From positions 3,111,680-3,175,679 of the forward strand of contig OZ037767.1 of assembly GCA_964035545.1 (NCBI GenBank): a DNA stretch of 64,000 bases, given 5' to 3'. This stretch comes from Bugula neritina. Lineage: Eukaryota > Animalia > Bryozoa. The notes beneath the pieces are model-generated. The model searched no databases. It worked only from the letters and a program-made list of their open reading frames with translations, and was not told the origin of the DNA. Positions 62,901-64,000 of the stretch are shown piece after piece. Each line of letters begins with the position of its first letter. Within the stretch, counting starts at the first letter, position 1. The position numbers and the translations under genes were made by a program.

Positions 62901-64000
62901 CCACTAAAAATCCCATTGCTCATGAGTGTTGAAATCAGAGTAGGAAACAAACAAATCGCAGTTTCGTTATGAAAATGATGAATTGAAAGTTAATATGACA
63001 GATCAAGTTGTATATATATGTCATTGACGTTCACAATTTGTTAATTCATGGATTCAGAAAATAAAAAATATTACCTTAATTCAAGTTCAAAAAACCTTAG
63101 AAAAACATGAAATAACCCGGCTAAATCATAACATCTAATAATTATAAAAAAATGAAAAAGGCATTCAAACAACTTCAATTAAATTTTACCAAGTGTCTAT
63201 TAAATATATTTTGTATTAAAGATTTCAAAAATTCCCATATTAACTGTAAAACTTGCTAGTCAAGTGTGAAAAGCAGCATATGATATGAGAACTCTACACT
63301 TACCCCTGAATCCACATCACAGTACGTGGCCAAGATGGCCGAGTCCTGAGCAGACAATTCCTAAAAAACACGTTGGTAAGAATGGAGAGCAAGATATACT
63401 GACTTTCCAAGGACAAATTAAAAACTTTCTATTCATTCTGGGTAAAACATGATGGCTTGTGCATTTTTGTTGCACATAAGAACTTGCAGTGAGAATGATT
63501 AGTAAGATAACTGCAGCAGATAACAAACATACCTCGATGCCGCATATGCGATTATGTTTACACAGTATATACAGCGGGAATGTCATCATCATTGCGTTAC
63601 TAAGAAATATGAGTAGATGCTCCAGTTCCGTCACCGTCCACACCGCATCTCTAGCCTCTTTCTCATTCTCCGAATCTTCGTCCTCCGCACTAACGTTGAA
63701 AAAAATCGTAATTTAGGATTATATAAACAATCAACATGTTACTGCCTAAAAGCAGCAACATAAAAATATGCATATGTATATTTCAGAACAGATGTACTTG
63801 ACGAAGCAAATTATTTTTTAAAAATAATTGTTATGGAATACTACTTTCATGTAAATAAAACCTGACTAGCAACAAAAGCTGCTCAATACCACAGAGATAT
63901 GATATGTGATGAACAACAGCCAATTTACTCACGGAATATTTGTGTTGGTTATCTTGTTTTCATCATTGAAGTTTTGCAACAAACTTATTGCAGTCACAAT
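26918..64000 (-). CDS. USP34: Ubiquitin carboxyl-terminal hydrolase 34 orthologue; many exons, 5' end beyond the window
   Basis: Cys box GYVGLQNLGATCYMATCMQHLYMIP and His box YELIGVTVHTGTADGGHYYSFIRD. USP34-type segments GDNMYTCSKCQKKVRAEKRACF, LETFIHAKEKPTMVQWIELLTKQF, IEHIFGPNLHNE and LLRNVCFFC occur in the expected order. Last exon inferred as 27039-26918 (phase-1 junction from GCCG|GTGAGT at 27580); AATAAA on - at ~26690. Confidence 0.95.
30035..30165. repeat. Intronic ~17-19 nt minisatellite (TATTACACCTGTAGATA)n
   Basis: Direct inspection. Confidence 0.85.
31408..31712. repeat. Intronic minisatellite rich in TACACTACAGTA/ACACAG
   Basis: Fills almost the entire intron. Confidence 0.85.
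33490..33720. repeat. Intronic 34-nt minisatellite (TACAGGATACAGTGCATTGTGGGATATTACGGTG)n
   Basis: About 6-7 units; the array runs into the splice acceptor. Confidence 0.9.
36194..36765. repeat. 25-nt minisatellite (TATATTACACTCACCTAGTATACAG)n, about 23 copies, built from a USP34 splice donor
   Basis: On the - strand each unit contains TACTAG|GTGAGT, identical to the real exon/intron junction at 36760/36759. Confidence 0.95.
38549..38742 (-). CDS. USP34: USP34 exon carrying the catalytic His box
   Basis: YELIGVTVHTGTADGGHYYSFIRD; the next exon (~38445-38311) supplies FLFNDSEVKPF. Confidence 0.95.
40505..41241. repeat. 15-nt minisatellite (TAGAATAC[C/T]AGAGA[C/G])n
   Basis: About 49 units with two variable positions, starting ~10 nt from a donor site. 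Confidence 0.95.
41789..41952 (-). CDS. USP34: USP34 exon carrying the catalytic Cys box
   Basis: YPWDYWPVEDVRSVSGYVGLQNLGATCYMATCMQHLYMIPQARQSVLQAN between AG and GT. Confidence 0.95.
42385..42562. repeat. 36-nt minisatellite duplicating a USP34 splice acceptor
   Basis: Units contain CAGCTCCTA (TAG|GAGCTG on -), as at the true acceptor at 42396/42395. Confidence 0.85.
43766..43837 (-). tRNA. tRNA-Pro(TGG), intronic in USP34
   Basis: GGCTTGTTGGTCTAGGGGTATGATTCTCGCTTTGGGTGCGAGAGGTCCCGGGTTCAAATCCCGGACAAGCCC forms a full 72-nt cloverleaf with intact A and B boxes; a T7 Pol III terminator follows 3 nt downstream. Confidence 0.97.
46702..47040. repeat. Intronic ~27-29 nt minisatellite (AGTTAGACTCACTAGTTACTCACACAC)n
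   Basis: Begins at the donor; contains many GTGAGT motifs on the - strand. Confidence 0.9.
48900..49172. repeat. Intronic 28-nt minisatellite (CAGGTGTCTGCAAGTGTGACACTACTGA)n
   Basis: About 9-10 units next to a donor. Confidence 0.9.
52208..52417. repeat. Intronic 14-nt minisatellite (ACAGAGTATCATAC)n
   Basis: Direct inspection; next to a donor. Confidence 0.9.
55365..56168. repeat. Near-homopurine/homopyrimidine tract (GGGGAAGAGAGA)n
   Basis: About 0.8 kb of almost pure purine on +, 12-nt period, intronic. Confidence 0.95.
57056..57150 (+). mobile_element. 5'-truncated copy of the SINE at 21331-21516
   Basis: Shares CATCTGAATAA..CCT.AG.CC.ATTTAACA...GGTTTCTCACAGGGATAGTGACTATAAA. Confidence 0.7.
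57909..61526 (+). mobile_element. Defective Academ (AcademX-type) DNA transposon
   Basis: Imperfect inverted repeats of ~150 bp (57909-58067 and 61378-61526) with TAGTCTGGCAGAA...TTCTGCCAGACTA ends and a 3-bp TAC duplication on both sides. Broken + strand coding remnants: SRTAKLW..FIRP..IIADREGDWALHL, XPG-like LLPSHGLSGCDVVA..IGK, and LPATDEA. Confidence 0.85.
59576..60068 (+). mobile_element. 5'-truncated RTE-like non-LTR retrotransposon fragment nested in the Academ element
   Basis: Degenerate RT C-terminal motifs LYKMTIKTTLMYG..TEMRM..WEDHITN..LQ*YGHVRRR..RGRPKKR. Possible AAATT flanking duplication. Confidence 0.8.
62465..62565. repeat. (GATATT)n simple repeat
   Basis: Direct inspection. 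Confidence 0.85.

Overview
AT-rich, intron-containing animal genomic DNA (invertebrate-like; the species cannot be determined from the sequence alone). From left to right: (1) the last three exons of an unidentified + strand gene (<1-869), tail-to-tail with (2) a single-coding-exon, ER-retained saposin-fold protein with a signal peptide and KDEL, Canopy/MZB1-like (1127-1702, -). (3) A cluster of five paralogous 4-exon genes (4906-26010; three +, one -, one +). Each encodes a predicted secreted protein: signal peptide, non-canonical C-type lectin domain (CTLD), Thr-rich mucin stalk of variable length and a C-terminal PAN/Apple-like domain. The cluster shows a recent tandem duplication, a homogenised PAN module, a hypervariable CTLD loop and odd cysteine counts. 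(4) Most of a multi-exon USP34 deubiquitinase gene on the - strand (26918->64000). Its introns hold a tRNA-Pro(TGG) gene, an Academ-type DNA transposon (TAG...CTA ends, TAC target duplication) with a nested RTE-like LINE fragment, a SINE fragment and many minisatellites, several of which are tandem copies of the splice junction itself. A solo LTR, a tRNA-derived SINE and a MITE-like element lie within the lectin cluster. All exon structures were assembled by hand from GT-AG sites and reading-frame continuity; none has transcript support here.
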